64,000 nt of DNA from an uncultured Verrucomicrobiae bacterium (GTDB taxonomy: Bacteria; Verrucomicrobiota; Verrucomicrobiia; Chthoniobacterales; Chthoniobacteraceae): positions 4,441 to 68,440 of the forward strand of contig CAWBXA010000002.1 in the NCBI GenBank assembly GCA_963792695.1, in the 5' to 3' direction. The notes below the pieces were generated by a model. The model saw only the letters and a list, made by a program, of their open reading frames with translations. It searched no databases and was not told where the DNA came from. The translations under genes and the position numbers were made by a program. Shown here in pieces: positions 36,399 through 47,949 of this stretch (within the stretch, counting starts at the first letter, position 1; each line of letters starts with the position of its first letter).

Positions 36399-37592
36399 CT
36401 ATTGGCCTATCGCCTGCGGCCTAGCTTCCGCTCGCTCCAGAGAGTGGCTGAGGAATGGCCGCTCGAAGACAAGGTGGAAAACACCCGAGCCGAGCAAGGC
36501 CAGCGCCGTTCCCAAGGTGAGCATCATCGCCAACTCCATGAGGGGTGAAAAGCCTTGTGGACGCAGCGCAGCCTGTAGGAGGGCCAGGATCGGAGCGTGA
36601 ATCAGGTAAAGACTGTAGGAAAAGGTGCCGAGCAGAACCGCCCAGCGGGATTCCATGACCCGCAGAAGAACCGGGGTGCGACTCGGCCGGGAGAGCCTGT
36701 TTGAAGAAACATCACCGCTGGGGTTTTGGTCACGGATCAAGCGCCGGGTGCAGCAGACCAGCAGACACGCCGTGGCCGTGCCGACGAGGGAATCCTTCAT
36801 CGCCACTGCGAGCTGCCATGAGGAATGCTGTCCATTGGCGAGGCAGAGCGACACCGCAAAGGCGGCCGCCAGCCAGCCCCAAGGCCAGGTGTCGCGCACC
36901 CTCGTGAGTTGCGGTGCGCGGGCGAAGCTGATTTCGGCAGCCGCCATGCCGATGGCAAACAGGCCAAGAAACTGTGGACTGACGCCGCTCCATCGCGAAA
37001 AGAAAAAGCAGAGCGGAAGCAGGCCGGCTGCGAAGGCGGCGACGACACAGGCGACGAGCCCAAAGCGCCGCCGAATGGGCAGCAGCACCAGCGGAAAGAC
37101 AAAGTAGATCTGCCACTCCGTCGCGACGCTCCACATCGGGTAATCGATCTTGCTGTGCCAGGACGGCTCGAAGTTGTGGATCAGCAACAGGTGCGAGACG
37201 ATGACCCCCGGCGTCCAGGCGGGAAGCGTTTCCTCCCAGAGCGCCGCCGGATGAGACCGATCGCGCAAGGCGGGGACGAGCCAGATGGCCAGCAGCGTCA
37301 CTCCCAAGGCGGCGTAGTAGGGTGGCAGAATGCGGCGCGCCCGGCGCAGCAGGAAGGGGCCGAAGCCGGACCGGAGTCTCAGCACGCCCGCGCGCGCCAT
37401 GGGCAGCATCAGGCAGTATCCAGAGAGGACGATGAAGATGTCCACGGCGCTGCGACCGAGGAAGAGCACGTAGGTGGCGCGAGTCGCGAGACCAGAGAGC
37501 GGCGCTTCCGCCGTGCTCCCCAGGTACGCGTGATGCAGCACCACATACAGCGCCGCCAAGCCGCGCAAGCCGTCCAGGTACTCCAAGCGCAA
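36399..37592 (-). CDS. Acyltransferase family 3 (membrane O-acyltransferase)
   Basis: 397 aa. MRLEYLDGLRGLAALYVVLHH start and about 10 TM segments. Confidence 0.85.
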   Translation of the reverse strand: MRLEYLDGLRGLAALYVVLHHAYLGSTAEAPLSGLATRATYVLFLGRSAVDIFIVLSGYCLMLPMARAGVLRLRSGFGPFLLRRARRILPPYYAALGVTLLAIWLVPALRDRSHPAALWEETLPAWTPGVIVSHLLLIHNFEPSWHSKIDYPMWSVATEWQIYFVFPLVLLPIRRRFGLVACVVAAFAAGLLPLCFFFSRWSGVSPQFLGLFAIGMAAAEISFARAPQLTRVRDTWPWGWLAAAFAVSLCLANGQHSSWQLAVAMKDSLVGTATACLLVCCTRRLIRDQNPSGDVSSNRLSRPSRTPVLLRVMESRWAVLLGTFSYSLYLIHAPILALLQAALRPQGFSPLMELAMMLTLGTALALLGSGVFHLVFERPFLSHSLERAEARPQAIGQ

Positions 37593-37721
37593 GCGGGCAT
37601 GGGCAGGCGATGACTCGACGACGGATGGTTCAGCGATAACTAAGCTTTAGCACCCGCTCGCTAAATTCGCCAGCAGTGACCACCCGACTCCCGACCTCAA
37701 CTCTAGCCTTCAGACCCGCTG

Positions 37722-40700
37722 CTATGGTGTTTTCACCGAGACAAAAGAGTGCGTCGAAATGGCGCCGGCATTCACCGAGGTGACCCGGTAGTAGTAGGTC
37801 GTGCTGGCCACCACGCCCTTGTCAGTCACGGAAGTCCGGACCCCGGAGTTGACGAAGTTGGCCGGGAACACGTAGGGCCCGTCCGAGGTCGTGGACCGAT
37901 AGACCACATACCCAGTGGCGTTGGCCGCGGGGCTCCACGTGAGCTTCACGCTGGTGGGACTCAAGGCCGTGGCGGTGAGTCCTGCCGGGGCCGCCGGCGC
38001 CGGCGGCAGCGGCCTCGCCATCACCGCGGCGGAATCCGCGCTCGCCCCGGCGGCATTGATCGCCTTCACCGAGTAATCGTACTTCTTCCCATCCGACACG
38101 GTGGTGTCCTTGTAAGTCGTGCCGGTCACGTAATCGTCCAGCGTGATGGTGCGCAGGACGTACGTGCCGCCGACATTATTCTCGGCGAGCGCCTGGCGCG
38201 TGACCACGTAGTAATCCGCGCCCGGTGACGCACTCCAGCTCAAGGCGACTTCGTGCGAACCCGAGCCGCTGACGCTGATCTTCGGCGTGGCCGGGGCCGC
38301 CGTGGGCAACGTCGGCAGCGGCGTGCCGGAAGCTTGCGGCGAATTGGCGCTGAAGCCGTTTTGCGCGTTCCAGGACTGCACCACATAGTAATAGGTGGTG
38401 TTGTTGACCGCCGTGGTGTCGCTGTACGTCGCCAGCCCCGAGTCGCTGCCGCTCACCGCGCCCGTTAGTCCATTCGCCAGTGAGACGTAGCCGGAGCCAG
38501 CGGTGGTGCTGCGCAGGATGTGGTACCGCGCCGCGCCGGGCACCACGGGCCAGGTCACGAGATTCCGGTTGGCGCCCGGATATACGGTCACGCTCGCCGG
38601 CGCCGGCGGCACGTAGCCCGCCAGCTCGAGGCGCAGGTAATCCACCATGATGAAGAATGAGTAACCCACCGCGCTCATGTTGATGGTCAGCGTGTTCTGG
38701 CCGGCGTGCAGCAGATTCGCCGGGAAGGTGACGCGCTCATCCAAAAACGGGCCATGATTGCTGATATGGATGCTGGCGTTATCCATGTAGTTTCCCCCAG
38801 GCGGGGTGTAGCCGGCATCGGTGAGGGGCAACGGCGCGGCCGTCACGCCGCTGGCGTTGCCGAGATTGGTCCCGTTGACGCTGAGAATGACTTTGCCGCC
38901 ATTGTCTCCCGCGATGCCCAGGTAGAGGGAGGCCAGGGCGCCGGCCGCTGGGGCCGAGGCGAGATCGAAGGTGATCGTGCCCGTGGTGGGCTGGTAAGCG
39001 CCCGTCGAGTCCAGTTGTGAGGGGAGGATATAGTTCCAGTCCTTGCTCCAGCGGCTGTGCCCCACGGAGTAGTTCACCCCTTTGGGGAATTCCTGGAGAT
39101 AGTAGGCCTGCCCTCCCCAGACCGGCGTGGGAAAGCCAAAAGCGGGGGAATGCTCCGGCGCCCAGAAATCCTCGCCGTGCCGATATTTGTCCGTCTTGCG
39201 ATTGGGATACCCCAACTCGAACACGGTGGCCCCCACCCGCTTCAGGCTCCAGGTAACCGTCCCGAGATTCGTCGTCTGTCCACCTGTGACCGTCACGGCG
39301 AAGGCCTTGGCCGGCAGGGCGACCTCGTACGGAGGATTCCCCCCATTGAGAGATTGCGACATGAACGTGCCCGCGGCGCCTGGCCCAAAGCAAAACAGCG
39401 TATAATTCGAGCCCGCGATCACACTCGGAATAGTGAAGCTGCCGCTTGCATCCGTTTGCGTCCAAAACTGGTACGGCTTCAGCCATTTCTGGAAATCGTA
39501 AAAGGGCGACTGCGGATTGACGACCGGCTGCTGCTCCAGGCCGACCCACATGCCGGCGAGGACCGGGTCGCGGTTGCCGCTGTCGTCGATGGCGATCTTG
39601 CCAGTAACGACGCCGCGGCCGGCTGGCTTCACGTACGCTGGACTTGGCAGCCAGCTATAGGGCCACGCCGCCTTTTCCGCGGCGTCCTGCGCGAGCGCAT
39701 CGCGATGCAGCGCCTGCGCCGCCGCGGCCGGGTCGGTGATCGAGGCCGGCACGCTGTTCGCATAGTAGAACCAGGGACCGCAGACTTTTGTCCAAACCTC
39801 GCCTGCCTCCACGGTGGAATCCGTTCCCTGGCCGAGTTCCTGCGTGACGATCGAGTTATTGATGTTGTTGGCGGGATAGGCGGTCACGTCGCGTTTGAGC
39901 GGGCCGCCATTGCTGAATTCCAGATTGGTCATCATCCAGACGCCGACATTGGTCCCGGTCGGACCGACGCTGCTCCAGCCCCAAGCCTTTTGGTCGGAGT
40001 GGTCCTGCGCCTGGATGAACTTGTTTTCAAACTCGCCGGCCTGCGTCCCATTCAGGGCGAGATTGGTCTCCTTCGGGATGTCGGACGGATGCCCCAGCAC
40101 GTTGGAAGGCACGCCGAGAAAGAAGTTGCGGGCGGCGTCGATGCTCACCCAATTGAATTGCGGCGGCACCCGGCTGGTCAACCCGTGGGCGTTGACGGCA
40201 ATGGCGGGATCGTTCGCGCCGTGACTCAGGATGCCCGTGGTGTAGAAGCCCTGCGCCCCGCGCTGCAAGGTGAAGTGGACTTCAAAGCCGCACGTCCCCG
40301 GCGTCACGTTTACCAGCTTGAAGTCGGCGCGCTCCCCGCCATTGGTGGCCGGGTCGATGGCGAGCGTGTACTTGAACTTCATCGCCCCGAATTGTGTGGC
40401 GACGTTCGTGGCGAAATTCTTGATGAACCCTCCCCAGTAGTACTGGTTGGAGCCCTGCAACAACTCCACCGTGCGAGAGGTGCCATTGTTGTTGTAAGTG
40501 TACTTGACCGAGGTGATGTGCGAAGTCGGCGGCAGGAGCGAGACGGACACGATGCCGTTGGCCATCGTCACCGTGCCGTCGCCGTTGTCCACGACCGTTA
40601 CGTTTGGCCCCGTCCCGTTGCCTCCGCCCGCCACATTCGCCAGGGCGGCGCGCGGATCAGACCAAAGCGCCAGCGCCACGGCTGCGGCCGCGGTCATACG

Positions 40701-40811
40701 CCGGACCATATTCGGGCCCGCCCAACGCCTCCACGCCTTGGAGAGGCCGCCGGCCCCGGCTGGTTGGAACTTGGGGATTGGTTCGCTGAAGCGCTCGACT
40801 GAGGGAATCAT
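37722..40811 (-). CDS. Large secreted polysaccharide lyase, rhamnogalacturonan-lyase (PL4)-like, with three C-terminal fibronectin-III-like repeats
   Basis: 1029 aa, intact. The signal peptide more likely starts at ATG 40709 (MVRRMTAAAAVALALW). N-terminal segments (VTMANGIVSVSL..., GVWMMTNLEFSNGGPLKRD) resemble PL4 lyases from memory. The C-terminus has three Fn3-like units (ARYHILRST..GSGY, YYVVTRQ, GYVVYRSTTSDGPY). Confidence 0.55.
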   Translation of the reverse strand: MIPSVERFSEPIPKFQPAGAGGLSKAWRRWAGPNMVRRMTAAAAVALALWSDPRAALANVAGGGNGTGPNVTVVDNGDGTVTMANGIVSVSLLPPTSHITSVKYTYNNNGTSRTVELLQGSNQYYWGGFIKNFATNVATQFGAMKFKYTLAIDPATNGGERADFKLVNVTPGTCGFEVHFTLQRGAQGFYTTGILSHGANDPAIAVNAHGLTSRVPPQFNWVSIDAARNFFLGVPSNVLGHPSDIPKETNLALNGTQAGEFENKFIQAQDHSDQKAWGWSSVGPTGTNVGVWMMTNLEFSNGGPLKRDVTAYPANNINNSIVTQELGQGTDSTVEAGEVWTKVCGPWFYYANSVPASITDPAAAAQALHRDALAQDAAEKAAWPYSWLPSPAYVKPAGRGVVTGKIAIDDSGNRDPVLAGMWVGLEQQPVVNPQSPFYDFQKWLKPYQFWTQTDASGSFTIPSVIAGSNYTLFCFGPGAAGTFMSQSLNGGNPPYEVALPAKAFAVTVTGGQTTNLGTVTWSLKRVGATVFELGYPNRKTDKYRHGEDFWAPEHSPAFGFPTPVWGGQAYYLQEFPKGVNYSVGHSRWSKDWNYILPSQLDSTGAYQPTTGTITFDLASAPAAGALASLYLGIAGDNGGKVILSVNGTNLGNASGVTAAPLPLTDAGYTPPGGNYMDNASIHISNHGPFLDERVTFPANLLHAGQNTLTINMSAVGYSFFIMVDYLRLELAGYVPPAPASVTVYPGANRNLVTWPVVPGAARYHILRSTTAGSGYVSLANGLTGAVSGSDSGLATYSDTTAVNNTTYYYVVQSWNAQNGFSANSPQASGTPLPTLPTAAPATPKISVSGSGSHEVALSWSASPGADYYVVTRQALAENNVGGTYVLRTITLDDYVTGTTYKDTTVSDGKKYDYSVKAINAAGASADSAAVMARPLPPAPAAPAGLTATALSPTSVKLTWSPAANATGYVVYRSTTSDGPYVFPANFVNSGVRTSVTDKGVVASTTYYYRVTSVNAGAISTHSFVSVKTP

Positions 40812-41000
40812 ATGCTTTATTTCTGCGTACTCACGGATTGGTTTGGGAAACAGTCAAAAACTCGGGCCGGATCGCCGCGAAGGCCGATCAAGCGCCGCAG
40901 CGACCATAGCGGGAGCAACCACCGCCGACAACGCTGATCACAAGCGCTCACGCAGCGGCTCTCTTGTGCGCTTCTTCGCCATACGTTTCCAAGATCAGCG

Positions 41001-42170
41001 TTAGACTTCTGATGCACCCCAGATGCGGGCGAGGGTGGCTTGGATTTTTCGCTCGAAGCGGGTGATCAGTTCTCGGTTGGCGGCGACGAGGGTTTGTTCG
41101 GCTTCGATCTCGGTCACGATGGCTTCCTGCGTGGCGAGGGGCGGGAGTGGGATTTGGAGTTTTCTAATAAAACCCAGCGGAATGAACTTCTGCGTCGAAC
41201 CGCTCGCCTGACGCTGAAACCGACTCTGCATCTCCGCAGAATCGAGCACGTCCTTGAGAAAGCGGTTATCGACCCGGCAGCCTTTTGGAAACTTGATCAA
41301 GGCGACATTCTTGACCGCGTATACGCGGGAAGAGTCTGCAATCACGGGATTCCCAATTGTTCCAATCATTGGCATCAGAAGGTCTCCAGCATCCACCTTC
41401 GATCTCTTGTTAATAGCGTCCAGGTCTTCGCGAGTGATCAGATTTACGTCAGTGAAGTCGATGAATCCGTCTTTTAGATTCTTCGATGTAATGAGTGGGT
41501 AGCCTTCGAGAACATATTTCGGGCTGTCGTGCGTTCCGTCCCGGACATCGCAAACTTCTCCCAAATCCACCATCGGCCAGTCGGGGTGGATGGGGATGTG
41601 GGGGCGGTAGTGGTCGAGGACGGCGCGGGCGCCGTTGATGACTTTCTGGTAGCCCTCGATCTCCGCCACAATCTCCTTCTGCACCTCCAGCGGCGGAAGA
41701 GGGATTTGAATAGCTCCAATCTCGCTCAGCGGAAGCGAAGTTGGTGAGGCTTGGCCAGGCAGCTGATGAGTCTTGTCATCGAATTTGCATGAGACGAGGA
41801 GCGAATACTAGGCAGCAAACGGTCTAGCGATAGGTCTTGGATTCATCGCAGATGATGCAGGCAAGGTGGCTGGCGAACATTGAGCCGGTGCACCCATCAC
41901 CCACACGGTGTGTAGAATGTAGAAGCGCCGCATGCTTTGGGAAAAGGCTTGTTAGACGGAAACAACTCTAGCCTCACGTTCACGTGAGGGCTCGTCCTGT
42001 TCACGTTTGTCGGCAGCTCCGATGAAGTTGTCCGACAGGTGAACTGCTCCAAGGTCAGATGTTCCGATGAAGTCCGCATCGCCTCCGGCGAAATATTGGT
42101 CGCCCTGTGGGGCCGAGTTTCCCGATGTTATGCGGGCGATTTCACTGAGTCGGACAAGAGGGAATGTGGC
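41001..42170 (-). pseudogene. hsdS: Type I R-M specificity subunit HsdS; second target-recognition half intact, first half degraded
   Basis: ORF 41001..41684 holds LPPLEVQKEIVAEIEGYQ...TRD2...IPLPPLATQEAIVTEIEAEQ. Upstream TRD1 (ATFPLVRLSEIARITSGNSAPQ...) is broken by stops and frameshifts. Confidence 0.75.
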
Positions 42171-43538
42171 GCTTCTGCATCTGCCTCTCCCGATACCGCT
42201 CGCCGCTCAGGTTGTAGTCGCCATTGGCCGCGATCTTTTCTTTCGGGACGATCAGGCCGCAGGTGGGCTGGAGTTCGTCGGTGGGTTGGCCGCTGCGCGG
42301 ACGGCTGCAGATAAGCGGCGAGTTCGGCCTGCACTTGCGGAAGGTCGTTTTTCTCGATGGCGCGGCGCTGGGCGCCGAGGCCGAAGCCGTCGTTTTCCAC
42401 TTTGAAGAAGGCGATGGTCTGCGCCTGCTGCGCGAGGGATTTGTCGAGAATGAGGATGCTGGTCTTCACCCCGGAGTAGGGATTGAAACAGCCGGCGGGC
42501 AGGGAGATGACGGCGACAAGGCTGTTTTCCACGAGCATCTTGCGCAGCGTCCGTGTAGGCGTCCTGGCTCTGGAAGATGATGCCCTCGGGGACGATGATG
42601 CCGGCGCGGCCGGCGGGCGTGAGGTGCTCGGCCATGTAGTCCACGAAAAGGACTTCGCTGCGCTTGGCCTGAATGGAGAAGCGCTTGTGCGGCTTGATGC
42701 CGCCTTTCGGGGACATGAAGGGCGGGTTGGCGAGGATGACATCGGCGAACTCGTTCCAGCGTTCCTCGGAGGTGAGGGTGTCGTATTCGTAGATGTGCGG
42801 GTCGGTGAAGCCGTGGAGGTAGAGGTTCACCAGCGAGAGGCGCACCATGTCGGGCGAGATGTCGTAGCCCTTGAAGTTCTGTGGCGAGGCGTCCCTTCTC
42901 GTCCGGCGTGAGGCGTGCTGTGGCCTTTGGCGTCGGTGTTGGCGCGCGAGGATGTGCTTGTAGGAGGAGATCAGGAAACCCGGCGGTGCCGCAGGCGGGA
43001 TCGAGAACGGTCTCGGTCTTTCTTCGGGTCCACGATGGCGACCATGAAGTCGATGATGTGGCGCGGGGTGCGGAACTGCCCGGCATCGCCCTGCGAGCCG
43101 AGGACGGAGAGGAGATACTCGAACGCATCGCCGAGGCGCTCGCTGTGGTCGTAGCTGAACTCGTCGATGATCTTGAGGAAGGCCTTGAGCGTCTCGGGAT
43201 CGCGATACGGCAGGTAGGCGTTTTTGAAGATGTCGCGGAAGAGCGGCGGGATGCCGGGGTTCTCCGGCATCTTGGCGATGCCTTCGCGCGTAGAGGCCGA
43301 GCATCTCGTGTCCGCCCAGGCCGGGGCGCATGAGCTTGGCCCAGCCGTAGCGGGCGAACTCGCCGGTGAAGAATTTGCGCTTGCCGCCGAGTTCCTCCGC
43401 CTCGGCGTCCATGTCATCCATGAACTTGTAGATCAGGGCGATGGTGATCTGCTCGACCTGGGACTTGGGGTCGGGGACTTTGCCGACGAGGATGTCGCGG
43501 GCGGTGTCGATGCGGCGTTTGGTGTCGGTGTCGAGCAT
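42142..43538 (-). pseudogene. hsdM: Type I R-M N6-adenine DNA methyltransferase HsdM, with four or more frame breaks
   Basis: Pieces in all three frames: MLDTDTKRRIDTARDILVGK, GQFRTPRHIIDFMV, VLDPACGTAGF, ILANPPFMSPKG, AGIIVPEGIIFQS, VISLPAGCFNPYSGVKTSILILDK, IAANGDYNLSGERY. Confidence 0.85.
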
Positions 43539-43547
43539 GGATATCCT

Positions 43548-46094
43548 TTAGACGGCGAACTGGTTCAGGGAGACGTAATCCTTGATGTATTCGGGAACGA
43601 GCGTGCGGTATTTCGCAGGGACGGCCTTGAAATCGCTGCGTGGAGAAGACGGGTTGTGGTGAGATCGGTGAATTCCTGGTGTCGATGATGTGGCGGATCG
43701 CGTCGCTCGTCGCATAGGCCTTGAAGTAGGTTTTGATCGCGGGGATCGCCTCGGCTTCCTCCGGCTTGTAGTCCGCGACAAACTTGGAGAACTCCTCCTC
43801 CAGCAGGTCGTCCTTGGATTTGAAGCGCGGGATCAGGCCGAAGATTTTTTCGAGAATCTCCCGCAGGGTAAGGCGCCGATCAACGCCAGCGGCCTTGCGC
43901 AGCTTTTCGAGCGAGTAGAACTCCTGGGCTTGTCGAAAACCTCCTTGTTCACGTAATCGATGACGCGGTCCCACTGACCGGCCTCGACGCTGGCGAGCGA
44001 TGAAGTCGTTTTCGCGCACGCGTTCCTCGAATTTCTCGAAGAACATGCGGTCAATCTTCATGCCCTCGATAGCCGACGGTTTCTTCCTTGATGGAGGAGA
44101 GGATGTCGTCGCCGAGATGCTCGTAGGTGCCGCCTGGATCACGGTCGCCGCCTTCGCCGCCGTCTTCGCCTCCGTCGCACTTTCGGCTTCGGAAGCTTCA
44201 GAACCTCGATCGTAGTTGAATTCTTCCTCGAAGTATTCGCAGTTGGCGAAGAAGTCGAAGAGCTTGAAGGCTGTCTTCTCTGGCTGCTGCGACGCTCTCC
44301 TTGATCGTGTCGTCGAAAAGCTGCTCGCGGAAATCGTGCTTCCGGGTGCCGCGGCCTTTGATCTGGATGAAGTCGGTGGGCGAAAAGATGGGGCGGAACA
44401 GGCCGAGGTTCAGAACGTCCGGGCAATCGTAGCCCGTGGTCATCATGCCAACGGTGACGCAGACGCGCGCTTTGCTTGTCTTGTAGGTGGGAATGAAGTT
44501 GGCCGAGCCGAGCAGGTTGTTGTTGGTGAAATTGATGGTGTGCTGCTGGGCGTCCATCAACCTGCGAGGTGACCTGCACGGCGAAATCGGACTGGTATTT
44601 CCGGGGAACATCCGGTCGGCCATCTCATTGAAGATCTGGGTCAGCTTGGCGCGCGTGATTCTGGCTGACGGCGAAGACGATGGATTTGCCGATCTCGCCG
44701 CTGATGGGATCGCGCAGGGCGTTTTCGAGGAACGTTTTGCAGAAAAGCTGATTGGTGGCGGCGTGAGAAGAAGCGCTTCTCAAACTCGCGCTGCTTGTAG
44801 GTCTCCTCCTGGTCGTCACCTTCATCGTCCTTGAACCCGACGACGAAACCCTGCTCGGAAAGCAACTGCGTCGTGATCTCCGTCCGGGCGTCGGCCACAG
44901 TGGGATTGATGAGAAAACCTTCTCTCACGCCGTCGAGCAGCGAGTAGCGAAAGGTGGGCATGCCGTCGTCGCAGCCGAAAGTGCGGTACGTATCGAGCAG
45001 AAGCCGCCGCTCGTGCTCGCGCGGATCGTCGGGTCGTCGGCTGGTGCTTGTCGAACTTCCGAAGGTAATCGCGCGGCGTGGCGGTGAGGCCAAGTTTGTA
45101 GCCGATGAAGTAGTCGAAGACAGCCCGCGCGTTGCCGCCGATGGAACGATGCGCCTCATCCGAGATCACGAGGTCGAAGTCGGTCGGGGAGAAGAGGTCC
45201 TGATATTTGTTGTTGAAGAGGAGCGACTGAACGGTCGTCACCACGATTTCCGCATGACGCCAGTCGTCCCGGTTTTCCTTGTAGATGACCGCTCTTGTAG
45301 TCGTTCGCGAGGGTCTTGCGGAAAGCTTTGAGCGCCTGATCCTCCAGTTCCAGGCGATCAACCAGAAAGAGCACCCGCTGCGCATTGCCAGTTCGCAGGA
45401 AGAGCTTGATGAGTGGCGGCGGCGGTGAGGGTTTTGCCGGTGCCTGTGGCCATTTCGAGCAGGAAACGGTCGTTGCCCTTCTGCAGCCGCCTGCTGGATG
45501 GCAAGAATGGCCTTTTTCTGATAAGGGCGCAGAAAGCGGAGGCTGTTGACTTCGATGAACCGTGTGCGCTCCGCCTTCATTTTTCCAAGCAGCCTCGGCC
45601 GCGTAGCCCGGGCGCTGCGTGAGGACGACATAGTCATCTTCCACCTTCTCCGCGACAAGCCGCTGCGGGATCGGGACTGGTCTTTTGATAACCCGTGCAC
45701 CGACGCAGGTGTCGGAAAGGCGGTGATGATGTACGGATTGCCCCGCTCCAGATCCCAAAAGTAATGGAGATTGCCGTTCGAAAGGATAACAAAACGGCAG
45801 TTTTGCGATTTTGCATATTTTCGCGCCTGCTCTTTGCCTACTAGCGGACTCTTGATCCTCGGCTTTCGCCTCAAGGACGATGAAAGGAAACCCCTTTTCG
45901 TTCAGCAGAAGAAAGTCGATGAAACCTTTGCTGGTCTTCTCAAAGTTCTCGCCGAGAGCATCGAGCGCGTTGCTCGTCAGCTGGACCGTTGGCTCGAGGA
46001 GAATATTTGCCGGGCCGGTTGGATCAGCAAAGAAGCGCCAACCAGCGGCTTCGAGCAGCTTGTTGATCTTGATTCTCGCGGCGGCTTCTTTCAT
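43548..46094 (-). pseudogene. hsdR: Type I restriction enzyme R subunit / DEAD-box helicase-nuclease HsdR, with six or more frame breaks
   Basis: MKEAAARIKINKLLEAAGW...FIDFLLLNEKGFPFIVLEAKAED (nuclease), LRPYQKKAI, DLVISDEAHRS (DEAH), GLTATP, TGYDCPDVLNLGLFRPIFS. These pieces are distributed over many ORF fragments. Confidence 0.85.
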
Positions 46095-46397
46095 GCCGGG
46101 TCAACGAGTTGATGAAGTGCTCCACCCGCCGCCACCGACGGCGCCTCCCGACGAGACGCCACCTGATCGGTGGCGATCCAGAGCATCGCCACTTTCCAGC
46201 CTGCTGAACTTCTGGAGAGGGAATCGTTCACGGGGAGTCCGCGTAACCTACTTGCGGCCGGCCCGGAGGTAACGCACAAAAAGCAAAGGAGGCAAACAGG
46301 CGGCTGGAACAAGGGCCGGCACGAAGTGGCTCGGCGATTCTCGGCGCTCGCGGCTTGCTTGGGGGGCGGGCGGCTGTTGGATAATCTTCCCTACCTC

Positions 46398-47667
46398 ATG
46401 AACCTCTTTCGATTCGTTTGCGCGGTCGCTTGCTTCGCAGCCTCTGCCGGCGTGGCGGTGGCGCAGGCTGCCCAGGCGGTGGCCGAGCCGCCCACTTCGT
46501 GGGTTGATCCAGAGACGGGACACCGGGTGATTCGGCTCACGCGTGAGCCGGGTTCGGCGAGCCTTTACTTCAATGAAAGCGGTTACACGCCCGACGGGAA
46601 GCGGATGATCTATATGACGCGCGAGGGCATTTCGGTGCTGGATCTCAGGACTTTCGAGACGAAGCCGGTCGGTGGCGGGGCGGCCCGCGCGATCGGAGTC
46701 GGGCAGAAAACGCCGACCGTCTATTTCCGCAAGCCCGGGGAGAACGCGCTGTTTTCCACCAACCTCGATACGGGCGAGACGCGGAAAATTGCCGACCTGC
46801 CGCGCCGCGGCGGCATCTCGACGATTAATGCGGATGAGACGTTGCCGCTGGCACGTACATTGAGGGCGACGGGGTGGATTACAATTGGCGGACGGCCAGC
46901 GCGAACAGCCGGCGCGCCGCACTCGAGGAGCCGGTGAACAAGGGCCAGATGATGGCCGAGCGGCTGGCCGCGAAGCTGCCGATGGTGCTCTTCACGGTCG
47001 ATCTGCGCACCGGGGAGACGAAGCCGCTCTTGCACTCGACCGACTGGCTCGGCCACTGCTTTTCTCGCCGACCGATCCCTCGCTGCTCATGTATTGCCAT
47101 GAAGGGCCGTGGCACAAAGTCGATCGCATCTGGACGATCCGGAGCGACGGCACGGAGAACCTGCTGCGCCACCAGCGCACCATGGCGATGGAGATCGCCG
47201 GCCATGAATTTTGGGCCGCGGAGGGCAAGACGATCTGGTACGACCTGCAGATCGCCGAAAGGCGAGGACTTCTACCTCGCCGGCTACATCTGGCGACGGG
47301 CGAGCGCGTCTGGTACCACCTCCAGCGCGATGAGTGGTCCATTCACTTCAACGTCAGCCGCGATGGGACGCTCTTCTGCGGCGATGGCGGTGACCCCGGA
47401 CAGGTCGCCAAGGCGCCGGACGGACGCAGTGGATCTACCTCTTCCGGCCAGAAGCCCAGGCGCATCGACCCGGAGGACGGCCAGGATCTCATTCAGCCCG
47501 GCGTCTTTCGCGCGGAGCGGCTGGTGAACATGTCGAAGCACAATTACAAACTGGAGCCCAACGTGAGCTTCACGCCGGACCAGAAGCTCGTGATTTCCGG
47601 TCGAACATGTTCGGTGAGACGTACGTTTTCGCGCGTGGAAGTAGAGAAAGCGGCGGCGGGGAATTGA
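46398..47667 (+). pseudogene. Oligogalacturonate lyase-like (PL22-type beta-propeller) protein, with four or more frame breaks
   Basis: MNLFRFVCAVACFAASAGVA signal. WVDPETGHRVIRLTREPGSASLYFNESGYTPDGKRMIY. Continues across frames (...LLMYCHEGPWHKVDRIWTIRSDGTE..., ...WSIHFNVSRDGTLFCGDGG..., ...KLEPNVSFTPDQKLVIF). Family assignment is from memory. Confidence 0.55.
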
Positions 47668-47949
47668 TGACCATGTTCCCCGAACGCGCGCTAGTTGGCC
47701 TGCCCGGAGGCAGCTTTGCGGCGACAGATTTTCGTGGAGCCTCTGAGAGCGGCGACGGGGCTCCAGAAGTCCAGCCCGCAGGGGCACGGTGCGAGCCGTC
47801 GAGAGTGAGATTTTCTTAGCGGGAAAAATCCGGTTTATTTATCTCCGGCGCCACGTTTGGCGAGAAGGTGTGCTATGATCGCGCTTCCAGGCAGAGACCC
47901 TCTCTCCGATGGCGTGCATGTCGCGTCTTAATGAGAAGTTCCTGCCGTG

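Noticed and set aside
39057-40802. Long antisense or alternative-frame ORFs throughout the window (e.g. 39057..40802, 57630..59621, 3812..5227, 60358..61464, 16072..17148, 20572..21576, 1927..2898, 505..1116)
   Set aside because: These are typical high-GC shadow ORFs. They have Arg/Ala/Gly/Pro-dominated composition and no recognisable domains, and each lies fully inside a well-supported gene on the other strand or frame.
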